From: the human T2T-CHM13v2.0 reference genome, Homo sapiens
Length of the DNA: 64,000 nucleotides
Assembly: GCF_009914755.1 (NCBI RefSeq)
Contig: NC_060933.1
Direction: 5' to 3' (one strand)
Part shown: piece after piece, positions 24,121 through 37,990 of the stretch
Position numbering within the stretch: position 1 is the first letter of the stretch
Layout of the letters: every line of letters begins with the position of its first letter
The notes under the pieces: model-generated
The model's database searches: none
What the model saw: only the letters and a program-made list of their open reading frames with translations
Told to the model about the DNA's origin: nothing
Position numbers and translations under genes: made by a program

Positions 24121-27100
24121 TCTTCTATGTATGGATAAAAAAAAGCATTGTTGTCTCTTTTAAAGTCTTTGTTATTATTGTATCACATAGGATTCCACGA
24201 TTCCACCTAACAGGAAACCAGAGGAAATACTAGAGAAGGTGAACGAAGTTTGCGTGAGGTCATTTAGGACTATCGATAATAGCAAACTACCTGGAATTCT
24301 GGAAAATCACAATAACTATTATCCCCTGCAGTGCATGCTAGAGCATATATGATGTTACTTTGAGTCTCATATTCTTCCACCTTTATTGTTCAAAGTCCAA
24401 ACTGGAGAAATGAAAGTTTATTTCCTTCCGCATAATTTTCATCAGATTAGCTGTCAGCATCAGCATTGAACCTTGAAATAGTAAGAACTGTTGAAGGTGA
24501 AGACTGCTTATCTTGTAGACACAGCTCTTTCCCTCCTCCTTCAAACCAGAGGCTCTGCTCTAGAAGGGAGAATGGTGCTCCTGGTTCTAACAGTGACTGG
24601 AGTGTTTGGGAGCAAAAATAATAATCCACAATCAAATTTTTCTCCCTTGTGTCTCTACCATCATTTCACTTTAAAATATCTGAAAATAAGCATGAGAGAG
24701 TTGAGGGAAAGAAAAGTTTCTGCTGGTATAGAAGGGTAGTGTCTGGCTGAGAGGGACCTGATTTTTTTCAGGGGCCTCCAGAGTACTCTCTCAAATTTAC
24801 TTCATGAGAGCCCTGAGGAAAAGTGGGTCATAAGAGTAGGGCAGGTGACTTTTCGGGCTCTGGAGATTGGGCTGCAGAGTTTATAATACCTGAGCACACT
24901 TGGTGTTGGCTCAGCTTTCATGCAGACACCAACTTACAGTGGTCAAAGCAGGGCTGAATCCAAATGGAGTGCTTTTTAAACTTTAAATATCTCTTTCTCA
25001 AAATTATTTATAAGCACGTACTTCTTCACAAGTGATTGGATACTTTCCTACTCACTTTCCCACAAACCCACACCTCTCCACAGTCTACCCATTCTACTTG
25101 AGGTTTCTGTTATTCCTGCGTGTGCCTCTGAACTCTCACCCAAACACTGAATGTTAAAATGCCAGCCCATGCCAGAGACCTTCCCGACATCGCCATAAAT
25201 GTAAGAATTATGGGGAAATGACTGAAGCCTTACACTGGAAAAATAATCAATCCTCTTAAATGAAACTTATTTCGTCAAAAATAACAAAATATACAAAAAG
25301 CTCATTTATTCCAAAGTCACTTTGCCTTGATCATTTATCCCCCAAATACATTAACCTTTTCCAAACTCTCTAACTTATTAGACCCCTGAACGATCTCAGT
25401 CAGTCCGATAAAAGAATTGCGACAGTTAGAGATGACGTTTGCTGACAAGGGTGACAGGTCCGTCTGCTGCCTTACCACTTCATACTGACTGAGCTTGTGT
25501 GCTTGCAGAGAAATACAAACTTATTGCTTTTGCTATGGGCCTTCTTCTTACTCTTACCTTCAGTTTTAAAACTTGGCTGTTAATTTCATCATAATTCCAA
25601 CATGCCTCTAGTACATTTAAGTTTTATCTGGAAAAAGACGGCATAACAATTCATAACTTGGGCCCACAGATTTGAGTTCATTACCATTGATCAACCCAGA
25701 ACTTGAGTGCTCATTGGATTCCCCTCTCTATTAGTAAAATGGGATAGCAGCAGTCTTGATGCAATTTAGCAATTATTCATTAAGGGCCTTTTAGGTACAA
25801 AATGCTGTTTAGGGCTAGTAAATAAGATGTGGTCCCCATCCTCTTGGGGCTTATAATTTTGGTTGCACACTTGAGCAACTAAATAATAGAAGGTAAATCT
25901 TATATTCACACATAATAAGTGCCATATAATACAGTAGACCCATTTATATTAAACATTCATACCTATAGCATAGAAACGTATCAAATGTGCTAGGGTGTTT
26001 TCTCTCAAACAGTTGCTGGTAATATTCTCTCTCACAACCTTGAAAATAACAGAAAAAAAATCCCATTTACAACATAATGTACTGTTCATCATGTGACCAG
26101 CTAAATATTTCCCATTATAATATAAGCTAAGTGTGAGTTAAAATAATAATTTCATTTAAGAATGATTAAGAGTCTTTTGTGGTACAAGCTAAGGTGCAAA
26201 CTTGGATCAATGAAAAATGTGAGTTGAACCGCAAAATGGCACAGGTGAAATTTTTAAGAATTTCATGCCTTCTCATTAAATGTACAAAAAGAGGTGGTAG
26301 ATATTATCACTACTGTTACATGAGATGTTGGTGAACTAGCAGTGCATTGTTATCTGAAGGATTAATACTTTTGAGTTTAGCAGCAGAATTTGCAGATAGC
26401 ATCATACAACGTTTTAGCAGCTGGCATTTCCTCTGTTGGCTGGTGAGAATTTACCATTATATCACACTCCAGAACACCGGCAAAATTCTGGAAAGCTTTT
26501 CTTCATCCACCCATGTTTAATATCACCAGATAATAATATGTATACCTTAGATTTGTTTTGCATTTTACAGTTTTCAAGTCGTTGACTGTGTATTATCTCA
26601 TTGGAGCCTCACAAGAGCTCCAGGAGGTAAACAGATATCATCAAAACCTGAAAATGGAAACATTTTGCTTGCCAATTTCTTTCCAAAAAATTTCCCCCAG
26701 ATGGCTTATGACTATAGCGAGTCTAATTGTCTCGAGGAAAGATGAATGGAATCGCATTTCCAAAGAATTCAACTACCTCCAATCCCAGAGCTCTACAGTT
26801 CTCAGACACAGCTCTGGAGCGAGTGTCCTGGCCCATTTAACACAGAGGGAGAGCTGAGCCCCAGAAAGAGGCATGAAATGGCGCTGGAGGGGCAGACTGA
26901 TGTAAAGCAGGCAATGGTCAAACACCTTACCATGGTCACCAATAATTAGTTATAACCCAGATCATATGGGTGAAATAGTCAATGGTTGGGTTCTTGGGAA
27001 AGAGCAGAGAAACTTTATTTAAACTTTGAGGGTTTTCGTGTTCTCTCCTCTTCTCCCCTTATCAGTGGAGTGCATTTCAGCAAGTTGCTTAACCTTGAAG

Positions 27101-29948
27101 TCGAGTGGCCTCCCCTGTAAAGTGGTTCTGGTAATGTCTATGTTATTGCTCTGTGCTGAAGACTGAAGGAGATGATTTATATAAATTGCCTTCCAAAGTA
27201 CCAGGCAAACACCTGGCAAAGAGGAGGCCCTCCGTAGTCATTGGTTTCTTTTACCCTTAAAATCATGGTATTTAATGATGAAAATTAAGCTAATGTGTAA
27301 CATTAGCCATTGGATCTTGCTAACCATGAGAAAATATTTCAGGAGTCTCTGTTTTTAAGAAATCTGCTACAATTTGAAATGGAAAATCCTGAATTTTTAT
27401 GATTCATTTAATGTATGCAGTTCCCACAAAAATGTTCATGTGAATTTTTAAAAACTCAACATGATTATGAAAACCCCATAGGAAATGTTATGGTTCCATT
27501 CAAATAACACACCGTGTTATTTGTGTGTATTTTGGGGCACCTACTAAGTGCTCAGACCTGAGACTGTATAAATAGCCACAATTTGTATTAGCCCCCTTGG
27601 ATATGTGTCGTGGACCTTGTATTTACAAAGCATTCACCAGGTGCCTCGCCGACTCCATCTCATTCATCCTCACGACAGGTTGGAGCGACATGTAATGAGT
27701 ATGATTATCTGCACTTTACAGCTGCCTCTACCAGCCGTGAGAGGAGCAAATTCATTTGCCAGAGGTCACCAAATCTACATTTCCCAGGATTCAGCCCTGT
27801 GCTCATAAACATATCCATTATGTTCTAACCTCAGAAAATGAACATAGTATGTGAGAAGTTAGAAAAAAAAAGCTCTCTGAATAAAGTCATATTTTTAGGG
27901 AGGTGCTGGGGTAAAATTAATGTTAGAACATTGAGAAATGGAAATTGTTATTAAAGCTGTTTATTACATGATATGTTAAATCTGTTCCATTTATAAAGCA
28001 TGCTTAGTGTAAGTTGAAATAATAATAATGATCATAACGAACATTTCCTGAGTACTTTCTTTTCTCCTGGCTCTTTGCTAAGCATTTAAAATGCAATAAA
28101 ATTTAGAATTCTTAAAAGTTAATAAAACATGTAGCATAGCTACATATATCCCTTAGCAGAACTTCTTGTGAAAAGAACTTTTGCACTGAATATCAATATC
28201 CTGACTTTTTTGCACATTGAGACGCAACAGGGGAATGTAATTCTCTTTTCCTGCCCTGCTAAATTTTCCTATTTCTGAGCAGACTTTCTCACCCCCTCAG
28301 AACAATATGTATTACAAATCACAGCATAGAAAATAACAATCTCGGGGAATTTTAAAATGCCTAAAAATAGTGATTGACATCATTCAGCCATGTTACAGAA
28401 ATATGCTGTAGTTTCAATGATGTCGTGAGCATCAGATATCTCTCTTTGTTGACTAGTCTCTAAACTGGAAAATCAACACCAGCTTTCCCATAGATAGAAG
28501 AGATAACTCTCCTTGAGAACACGACCCTTTGCTTCCAAAAAAGAACTGGAAAAGAGGATAGGCAGGCACTTGTGTTTCCTTACTCTCTGATTAAATTAAT
28601 AACCATCTAATCACTGTTTATTAAGATAGGATCTAAGGATACTTTTCTTTATCCAAAGTTTACATGTTACATTATGCAGGCACATACATGAAAATAAATC
28701 ATGGAAAATGAAATAAAAGTCATTCCCACATAAGAAAGTATCTTGGAAGAAGATTAATGTATTTTACCACATCTTCATATAGTTCACTTGTATTTAAATA
28801 TGCTAAAATGGTACCACAAATGAAAATGCAACACTAAAGAACATAGGTAAGGAAGACATGAAAGAAAAAAGTATAATTTGTCTGTGACAAAATTTGATAT
28901 ATTAAAAACGAATTACTATTATTTACAGATGTTAAAATTTTCTTTTTACTCAGATATCATCATCGTTGTTGTTGTTTTACTCAGAAACTAGTATTCGATA
29001 AACCATTATTCTTTATCTATGTCATTAATTGTACAGGAGATAGCTTAGAAGTAATAGTAAAATTAACATTCACCTATGGGTCTAAGAAAGGATACTGAAA
29101 AGATGTACTAATTACCATGACACTGAGTGATAAATCTGCAAAGGTATTATAATAGCTATATAGTTAGCAACATTTTAGAGAAAACAGAAATTATTCAGAA
29201 GCTTTCATTAATATGATGTCGATCACCCCCCTCCATAACACTGTGACATGGGTTTGATTCCAGAATGGGGCGATAGGATTGGTCTCCTCTGCACCTTAGA
29301 AAGAGCCTGGCATATAGTATGTTCTTTACAGGTATTTGTCAACTGAAACATAAATTTTATAGTTTCAAATTCTACAAATAGATCCAATATTTAGACATAA
29401 TATCTTTAGACAACTAGTTGTTATGGTTATTATATGTATGGTATGGTATCTATTAGTTTCTACCACATTTCTACATTTCCATATTCAATTACATTTCTAG
29501 AAATTAAATACAATTTGAAATTAAATAAATATTGAATTTTGATTTTCAGATATATCTTTGCATGGCTGGTAGATTACCATAGGAGTCTAGCTGCGGTTAT
29601 TAGGTTAGGCAGAAGTTTTCTAATATATATATTTAGCATATTTATCAGACTCTTTAGAAATTCTTTAGTTTTTAGTAAAAGAAAATGAAATACAGACCGT
29701 AACATATACTAGTTTCAGCATTTATCAGAGGATCTATTAATTTTAGGATTTTCAGTTTAAAATAGTCAATTATATATCTTTCACTTCAACTTCTCAAAGG
29801 CTTCAGAGAAATGTTTGCTGTGAAAACAATCTTTTCAATGTGGCCTACATATACTGATATTATTGCCAAGTTGTTTAATTAAAATTAACATTGAGAACAA
29901 AATTTGATTATTAAAACAGCCTAGCAAACAATTGATGGATTTAACACT

Positions 29949-29954
29949 TTTATT
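29949..29954 (-). terminator. Candidate distal polyadenylation signal AATAAA
   Basis: Minus strand reads GTTAATAAAAGTGTTAAATCCATCA followed by GU-rich TTGTTTGCTAGGCTGTTTT. Confidence 0.45.
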
Positions 29955-31031
29955 AACATTGTCTTAAACAAAATAAGATTATGTGAGGGTACTTGGTTCA
30001 CTGTTTTAACACACTAACTTCTCAAAAAGTAAAAATGATTTTCTTTCAAGACAAATAAAAAGCACATTACAACTGAGCAGACTGATTGGTGTTCAACAAA
30101 GAATAACCTTGGATAACAGAGGATCTAGCCTAGTGTTTGTGCTTATATGCCCATTCACTGTGGTTACTATTTACAAGACTACGAGAATTTCAAGTTGCAT
30201 AGACTGGCAAATTAATTTTCAAATTAATTTTACAGATTAATATTCAAATAATTACCCTTCATGATTAAAGTAAACTTACAAATGTTCTGGCCTGGTTCTG
30301 ATGGGATCAAATGATTAGATTTATGAAAGTTGGAGAAAAAAATAATGTCTGGTGCATACCTGCTACTCTGAAGTTCCAAATAGCTGACAAAGAAGTTCTA
30401 CTAAGTCTCACAGAGAGCTTTAAATGTGAAGTACAAAATAGAATGGAAAGTCCAAAAATTGTTTTTGGTAGTTTTATTTATGAGTGCTTTAAAAGGAAAC
30501 ATATAGCATCATCAATAACCATTAATGAAATAGTGCTGTTTAGGAGATATGTCTTTAATACATTCCAAGTGGTATTTTTAAATAATGTGAAAGGTCATCA
30601 ACAGAACTCTAAATATAGCCAAGCAACGGTAATTTAAACTGCTTACGCGATTTTTCTCCTTGAAAGAAGTCACATACAAAATCATCTAAAGAAGTAAAAT
30701 ATATAAGGATGCGTCATTTTAAAAACTGAATGTAGGTAGATGATATTTAACACACACACAGGAGTTTACTCTTCGTGTACTTGTTTATTTTTAGCTGTCT
30801 CAATAAAATGTTTTTCCTCCCTCTGTTTTACTAAAACATGCCTGTCTAGGAAGGAAAACAGATGTAGAATTGGACAACTACGTCTTGTTTGGGCTTTTTC
30901 CCTGTCAAGTAGAATTTATGATCATTGTCACACAATAAGAGAATCTAACTGAAACAGACAATAAGTCAGGAAGCAATTGCCTGGGTACTTTAACACTGCA
31001 GCTTTGGAATTCAGGATCTGGTTACTAAAAT

Positions 31032-31037
31032 TTTATT
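31032..31037 (-). terminator. Candidate polyadenylation signal AATAAA
   Basis: Minus strand reads CAAATAAAATTTTAGTAACCAG, preceded by UTR-like UG/U-rich sequence. Confidence 0.45.
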
Positions 31038-34000
31038 TGATTAAGCCAAAGAAGGACACAATATCCTTTCTTACACAAAGAGCCCAGAGTTATTATAAAA
31101 ATAAAAGAATCAGTGTCACGGTGAGAGAAGAATCACAATAAACGAGTTTGTAAGAACCTTAAAACACATTTAAAAAATCTTCCTTACATCCACAACAGGG
31201 GAACCATGTAAAAGTAACCGCCATGTATTCTGTCTCTCTTCTAAATTCTCTCTCTTCCAATGTATTACTAAAGATAAGCAATCATTTAGTTTGATTAATT
31301 AGGTTTTCCACAAAGCATCTGTCATTCCAAGTTTTCAATGACACATTAAATAATAATCCCTTAAACACTTTGGTGCCAAAATAACAAAGTTTATTAAAAC
31401 AGAATGGTCCCAATAAGAAACTTACGTACTCTTCATGTAACCTAATGAAGATTAAATACCAAAATAAATTACGCAATAATTTTTAGCCTAATATTTTACC
31501 TCTGAACTTGTCCCTGTACACACTCGGCATCTTCTCAGCAATAAAAGACCACAATTTCTAAAAACGAACAATCAGCTTATGCAAATCTTTAGTAATAATA
31601 TTCACAGCCTACTTCTCTTGAGAAGCTGCAATCTGACTGTACAGAAGTAGAATGGTGAAATTTAATGTCAAAATATTAATAGTGATTGGCTTACTATACC
31701 CATCTTAATCCCAGTTTTTCAGTAAAATTGTAGAGAGTAAACCTTTTTACTTTTCCCCAACAGAAAATGTTTCATTTAGTAAGAATATTGATTTTAAAAC
31801 TCACTTCTTAGAACAACGTAAAATGACAGTTAAGAGGCAGGGTAACTATTAAAACATCACTTCCAAGCCTTGGTATTGTCACAGAAAGCAAATCTTTTAC
31901 ACAAACATTTCACAGCATTTTTCCCCAAGCATCTGCCAGTTGATTTCACCATGTACACGCACAGTACTAAAGTATAGTAAGAGATACAACCATAAATAAC
32001 AGTTTGCCACTTTAGAGTTTATATCACTTGTAAAATCTATTTCATCAGGAATAAAATAGGGGTGAGGGGAAAGAGAGAGGGAGAGAGAGAGAGAGAGAGG
32101 TTTCTGTCTCTCCTTGAGGAACTGGCCTTTCTTTCTGAGAGTACTCAAAACAGCAACAAGTAGCAGCGGCAGAAAAGTTCTCCTGCAGGTTTACACATCT
32201 CACATTAACGAGAAAGGGTGCAGAGAAGGACTCAGCTTCCAGGGAAGCTTCCCTGAACGTTGAGCTTTCACGAGACGCCTAGGATCAACAGCATAACATC
32301 CACCTTTCAGGAAATTCAAACACATTCATAAGAAACCCTCTTGCCTGGCAATGCCAGAAGCCAGGACTAATCAGACCAGGCTTCCTTCTGTCCGGGCACA
32401 GTGGATGAGCTGACCACCAGGGCTGGCCATACCCCTCCCCACCTAGAATAAAGTGCCCATTGTCTTCCACTGTACTAATTGTGAGAAAAACGGCCCTTGT
32501 AGTAAGCACAATAATTATCGAAGCAAACGAGTAAAAGCAATCAAGACAGAAAAGGAAAGGGGCAAAAAGAAGAAAAAAAAAGAAGAAAAAGAAAATGAGA
32601 AAAGAAAGTAAATGTTCAGATGAATGAACCCAATGACGAATTTAATAGTCATATGAAATGCTTGCCTGTGGAAAGGGTTCCCCATTCTTGTCACGACTAT
32701 TGCATACAAGAGACCATTGTCCACACAACAGAAATCAGTATGTTGAAATTTATCATGTAGCACTTTTTGGATGTGAAAGGTTTTCTTTCCCCAAACTACT
32801 ACCTCTCATCCCAGCACTCTGATTACAGAAAGTTACAACTTCTCTCTTCCCAATATTATGTTAAAAGTTGAGTCACAGGATTCACCAATATCCCTCCCTG
32901 AATTTCTATGCTCCTTTCCTTCTTCCCCACATTTGCAGCTGGACAAATATAAGAGGGGAAAAACAGCAACAACAAACCCACACACATTTGCCTGAGCAAA
33001 GAAAAATAATGAACTGAATATGCATATCCTCATTAACTAAATTTAATTACGCTGAGTGGCATAGTAATCAGTGGTTGCTCCAGTTACAGTATTCATTGAA
33101 AGGGAGGTGGATTCCAAATTAAGGCAAAGCGTGGGGGACAGTCGCATACTGATGAGGGAGCCGCACACAACATGATACAATACACTATCTAAATCATTAT
33201 TCAGAGGAGCTGCAGAAAGAAGTACATTACTCTGTTTTAAGACCAATGCAAGAACAATTAGCCAAGAAGGCTCCAATCCCCTACTGACTGCCCCACCTCC
33301 ATCTATTTCACAGCAGCCGGCCTGGGACCGACTGTACCATGTGCATTTTTCTTTAAAAAAAAAAAAAAAGGGAACAAAAACTCATGCTGCCTTTTTAAAA
33401 AGAAGGCCTATGCCCCCGGCCACAATAGCAGGGAAATCCTATCTAGCACACTGGTGTGCAGAGGCACCCCAGGGTCCCAAAACTTGAGCTTGAACTTTCC
33501 ACAGGCAGCGAACTTTATAACACGTGCATGGAACAATAAAGGAGGAGCTCGAAAGGAAGAAGGGAGGGAAGTTTTGGGGGTGGGTGAAAAAAATGTTATT
33601 ACGCCAAACTTACCATCCACCAGGTCCTGGCTGACATGTCATAACATAGCTGCCATTTTATGGAGCTGTCCGACGTTTTCCCAGCCATTATGCTGTCAGC
33701 AACCTTCATCAGATGCAGCTCAATGGAAGATAAGACACCTAATCAAGAAAACATCAGCGGTGGCTTGCTGGACTACATGTAGGCCAATCCTTATCACACT
33801 GCATCATGGGAGAAAGCTCCTTTATTAGCAGGAGGAACTGCAACCTCACAGATAGAAAGACAAGGATCAGTTCTTTTGCCTTTTTTTTTTTTTTTTTTTT
33901 GGTCTAAAGGGATTGGTGAAAGTAGCTAGCGTTCTTTGTGTATCATGTGTACAAGAGTTAAGTATCTTGCAAGTGGGCGGCTAACTGCTTTGCTGGGCGA

Positions 34001-35080
34001 TGCAGACTAAAGTTTATTTGCATTCTTCTCTGTTGTATATTGTTTGACATGGTCCATGGTCCTTGCTGAGCAGATGAAGGGAGGGGAGGGGGGTGGGAGG
34101 GAATGAGGAGAGAGGGAGCTGTAATTGCTCAGAATTCATATCTCCCCAACAAAGACATAACAGTTTCATTGACACAGTCGGAACATGGTTCAGATGTCAC
34201 TGCACACACGGGCGTGCGGGTGTGTGTGAGAACACTCACACGCGCACACACACACAGTGGAACACACAGGTAGCAGCTGCAGCTGGATTCAGCTGAGGTT
34301 GCCAAAGGCTACAAACTCCATTCTCATGCTGGACATATGGAAGCAGTTTAACTCTTTGAAATCACTGTTAAAGAAGAGTCCTGCAGTCTGGAAGGATAAA
34401 TCAGCCTTGAGAACAGTTTCTCAACCAGGAGGCAATGGGCCTGGTGCTTCCTTCCTTCTGAAGATGGCCTAGAAACATTATTTCCTTCATCTAGAGAAGA
34501 GCTGGTCAAAAATGAGGAGGGAGGAGTAGGGTGTGCCCAGAATCTGACTCTGGACATGCTCCCTCACTTAGTCATTCTGTCATACTCTCGGGAAAAAAAT
34601 TCTTTATCCCCTAAGCACTGATCATTTCTGTTTCTTCCTGGACTTTGAACTAGTCCTTCCAATAAGCACACACACAAGTCAGGAACTAACATTTACTAAT
34701 AAAACAACTTGCTCTGAACAGCCTTTTTTTTTTCTTCTGAAGAGTAAAAACCTGAATACTGCAGGGAGAATCTTAAAGAATCCTGCCACTATAATAAGAA
34801 ATCCAGACGAGGACAAGTATATTTATTCCTGCTTTTTTCTTTTGCTAAAATACAAAAAGGCAAACACATCTCTACAAATGGTGCTGTTGATTATTGGAGC
34901 CCCTATTGTACACCACGAAATCCAGGCAACCTTTTTTCATTGACACGTAGTCATTCTGCCTTCCGTATGCCCTGCTAGTATTTTCTGAATGACTTTCAGG
35001 CTTAGAATTTACATTTTCCGCAGACAATTTAAAAGGACAAACTCTTATTTGATTCAGTCAAAATGAAGGGAAAAAATTGC

Positions 35081-35086
35081 TTTATT
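35081..35086 (-). terminator. Candidate proximal polyadenylation signal AATAAA
   Basis: About 120 nt downstream of the 35203 acceptor and followed by U-rich TTTTTTCCCTTCATTTTG. Confidence 0.3.
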
Positions 35087-36284
35087 ACCGGAGTTTTCTC
35101 TGTGTGTGAGGCAGAAGAGGCAACTTGTTTCAGCCTGTGAACTTCAAAGAAGAAAAGCAACCGCTGCCGAAGGGCTCTGTCCTTTGGGTATTTTTATATT
35201 CACCTGGGGAGACATGTCAGCCACAGTCTCAGACAGGACAGGCGCTTAAGGTAGCCTGACTCTGGGCTGGCGGCAAAAGAACCTGCCCTTCACCGACCAG
35301 CTTATCCCCTCATGGCTGGCGATTCTTCTGTTTCTCCCTCCTCCGGTTTTTTTTTTTTCTTTTCTTTTTTTAATTCTCAGGCAGGAGGGGGTTTGAGGGG
35401 ACTGAAATGCCCCACCCAGGTCTCTGCCTTTGAAGTACCCCATGCTCTGGGTTCCTCCTTTTTTCTCTCTCTCCCTACTCCATTCTTCACCTTATTTGTA
35501 TTTTTTTCCCCCTGAGCAATGATTGGGTAGTGAGCCTGTTAATGTTGATCGTATTTTCCTGTTTTAATTTTCTCAGATGGCAGCAATGATGCTGAATGCC
35601 TACTATGTGCCAAGCATCACAGTAAACACTGGGGCTGTGAAGGGCAATGAGATACAGTCTGTGTCTCATCAATCTCACAACTACGTTCACCCAATGTCGT
35701 CACAGGCAGGAGGAAGTCCAGTTGCTGTGACAGCAGCCAGGGAAAGAGATGGGGCCAGAGACCTCCTCAGGCTGCTCAAGGCCAGCAACTCCCCAGGCAC
35801 TTCCAGAGCTGCCTTTGGGGCAGCTCTCTGGCCTGGCGGCGAGGGCAGCGTGGCTACACACTTCCTCCTCTCCCTGCAATCAGCGCCTGCCTCAGCCTGG
35901 CTCCCTCAGGTGCTCTAGGTGGAAGGAGGATTCCCACCTGCCATTCCCTCCAGCACCGCCTTCCAAGAGCTCTCAGGAAGCAGAGGTCAACTTTGGGGTG
36001 CTGGCCTGAAAGCGCCCGCCCACCAAGGCTTTACAGATCCCCTGGGCATCCTCTCATCATCGAGGCACTCTGTGCAGCCCATACACAGGCGGACCTGCTG
36101 GGAGGCTCGTTATCACTGTCACTGTGGGGACCCCTCCTTTTGATGAGTTGATTACACAAGCAGGAAATGCTGAAAGATGATAAGGGAAGCAGGGGAAGGA
36201 GCGGCCAGGAGAGAGAGGCTGCAGCATTTATGGACAAAACTGGGATCCGCAAGGAACAAAGAGACGGGGACAGAAATGACAAAC

Positions 36285-36491
36285 CTGTGCCCTTCCCCTT
36301 CTGTGAGGCTGGGGAACGCCAGAGGACAGCTGACCGGGGGTCACCGGCAGAGCTAAACAGGAAACAAATTCCGAACTGGGGCTAGCATTCCCAAAAGGCA
36401 TGTCCAGGGGCTGAGCACTCCTCCGTCGGGGGCCTGCGGGGCGTCTTTCACTGAGAGTGAAACTTATAAGCATGCCGGTGTAGCCCATAAC
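36285..36491 (-). other. Candidate 207-nt exon, or start of an alternative terminal exon
   Basis: Acceptor CTGATCTCCCCAG|GTTATG and possible donor CAG|GTTTGT; CpG retained; the three frames give GYGLHRHAYKFHSQ*, LWATPACL*, or an open 69-codon frame. Confidence 0.4.
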
Positions 36492-37669
36492 CTGGGGAGA
36501 TCAGGCCAACGGGGCTCTCAGGTGGACGCCAGTTGTGACTGGCTTCATTGACTGAACTCATCTCACCTGATACCGTTCTAAAGGCTAACTGGATGTTTAA
36601 AAACACGAAGTAACTTCAAAAGCACTACTGAGGGCTTCATGTACACTTTGGGGGGTGATTACATCTTGCCTTGCTTAAATCCCTAAAATACCCCAAATCT
36701 CAGCTCTTCCTCTCCAATTCCTTTTTCCACAGCGTCTGCGCCTGCCTACAGTTCCACTTCCCCCACTTCTGCAGCCTCCCCTCCTACCCTTTAGCCATGG
36801 CTGCCTCTAACAGCCTTTTCCAACTTGCACACCTCACTAGCTAGAACAAATGTTTGGGAAAAGCCAGGTCTGTAGCCCAAAGCAATCACCAACTGTTGCT
36901 CAGGCATGCCCTGGCAGTGCTTTAATTTCCGTCACCACTGGCAAATAAACTAGTGATCTGCCTAGAGCTGAGCCTGAGGACAGTAACCTTCGCAGAGAGG
37001 CTACAATGTGTCTCTCACTGCCTTCAACTATTCACAGTCACCGCCTCTTCAACAAGCAAGATGGACTGTGGCCAACGGGCACTGTCCGAGAAGCCAGGGT
37101 CCAAATCACAGCGTTGTTCCCTACTAGTTGTGTGACCTCTGGGCAGGACTCTTAACTTCTGTGCCCATAAATAGCCCCAAATCGCATTGCTAATAACTAA
37201 GAGAGAATGAGAGAGAAAGCAGACAGGGGGAAAGAAGTCTCACTTCACCACGTAGAGGAGAAGGGGAGATATAAATATAATCAGAGAGGAAAACAGATAT
37301 AGAGACCGAGAGAGAAAAATAGAGAGGAAAAGCAGAGTGAGGAAGTGAAAATGAAGCCATTCAGATGTCCTCACAGTCTGCTCTCTTTGCCTCTGCCCAG
37401 GGCTCTAGCTGGCTTCTCATCCATCCCCTGCACCTCCCCAGGCTCTGGGGTTGGCTTAACTCCCTTCCAGCTCCGTGGATAGGAGTGATCAGTGCTCAGG
37501 GATCTTGACCCATGGAGCCAACAGGTTTAGAGGCGATTTGGGGAAACATTTTATTAAGCTATTTTGTGATTTATTTTATTTTTAGCTTTTTAGCTCTGTC
37601 AATTCCAGTCTAATCCTGTACTAAGTCTAGGAGCCCTGTGCTCACAAACATAGTAATAGGTCATAGTAC

Positions 37670-37990
37670 AGCACATAGAGAAACGAGCTCCCGTTTGGGA
37701 ACTAGTCCTGAGTTCTGGTCTGCCACTTGCTAGCTGGGGGAGCATGCACAGGTTACTTAAACTTTGTAAACTTCAGATTCTTTACCTATAAAAGGGGGCT
37801 GAGAATAGTATCCCTCACAGGGTCGTCGTGAGGATGAAATAAGGTCATGCATGAATGTGTTTGGAGCCTTGATGGTGGCGATGGTTTCATGGGTGTATAC
37901 TTACTCCCAAACTCATCAAGATGTATACATTAAACATGGATAGCTATTTATATAGCAATCATATCTTCATAAAGTACTTTGAAAATTACG
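37670..37990 (+). mobile_element. MIR followed by an L1MA/MB 3'-end fragment
   Basis: MIR core at 37720-37850; gatggtttcatgggtgtatacttactcccaaactcatcaagatgtatacattaaa is an L1M 3' end. Confidence 0.8.

Larger units (their letters stand above)
29930..35203 (-). other. Candidate long terminal exon / 3'UTR of an unidentified minus-strand gene
   Basis: About 5.3 kb with no SINE/LINE that I could recognise; U/UG-rich on the minus strand; acceptor GGCTGACATGTCTCCCCAG|GTGAAT at 35203; multiple AATAAA on the minus strand. Confidence 0.55.

Noticed and set aside
35577-35918. 113-aa + strand ORF preceded by an acceptor-like sequence
   Set aside because: It starts in an L2/MIR-like fragment (tgaatgcctactatgtgccaagca), has no recognisable domain, and is antisense to the better-supported unit.
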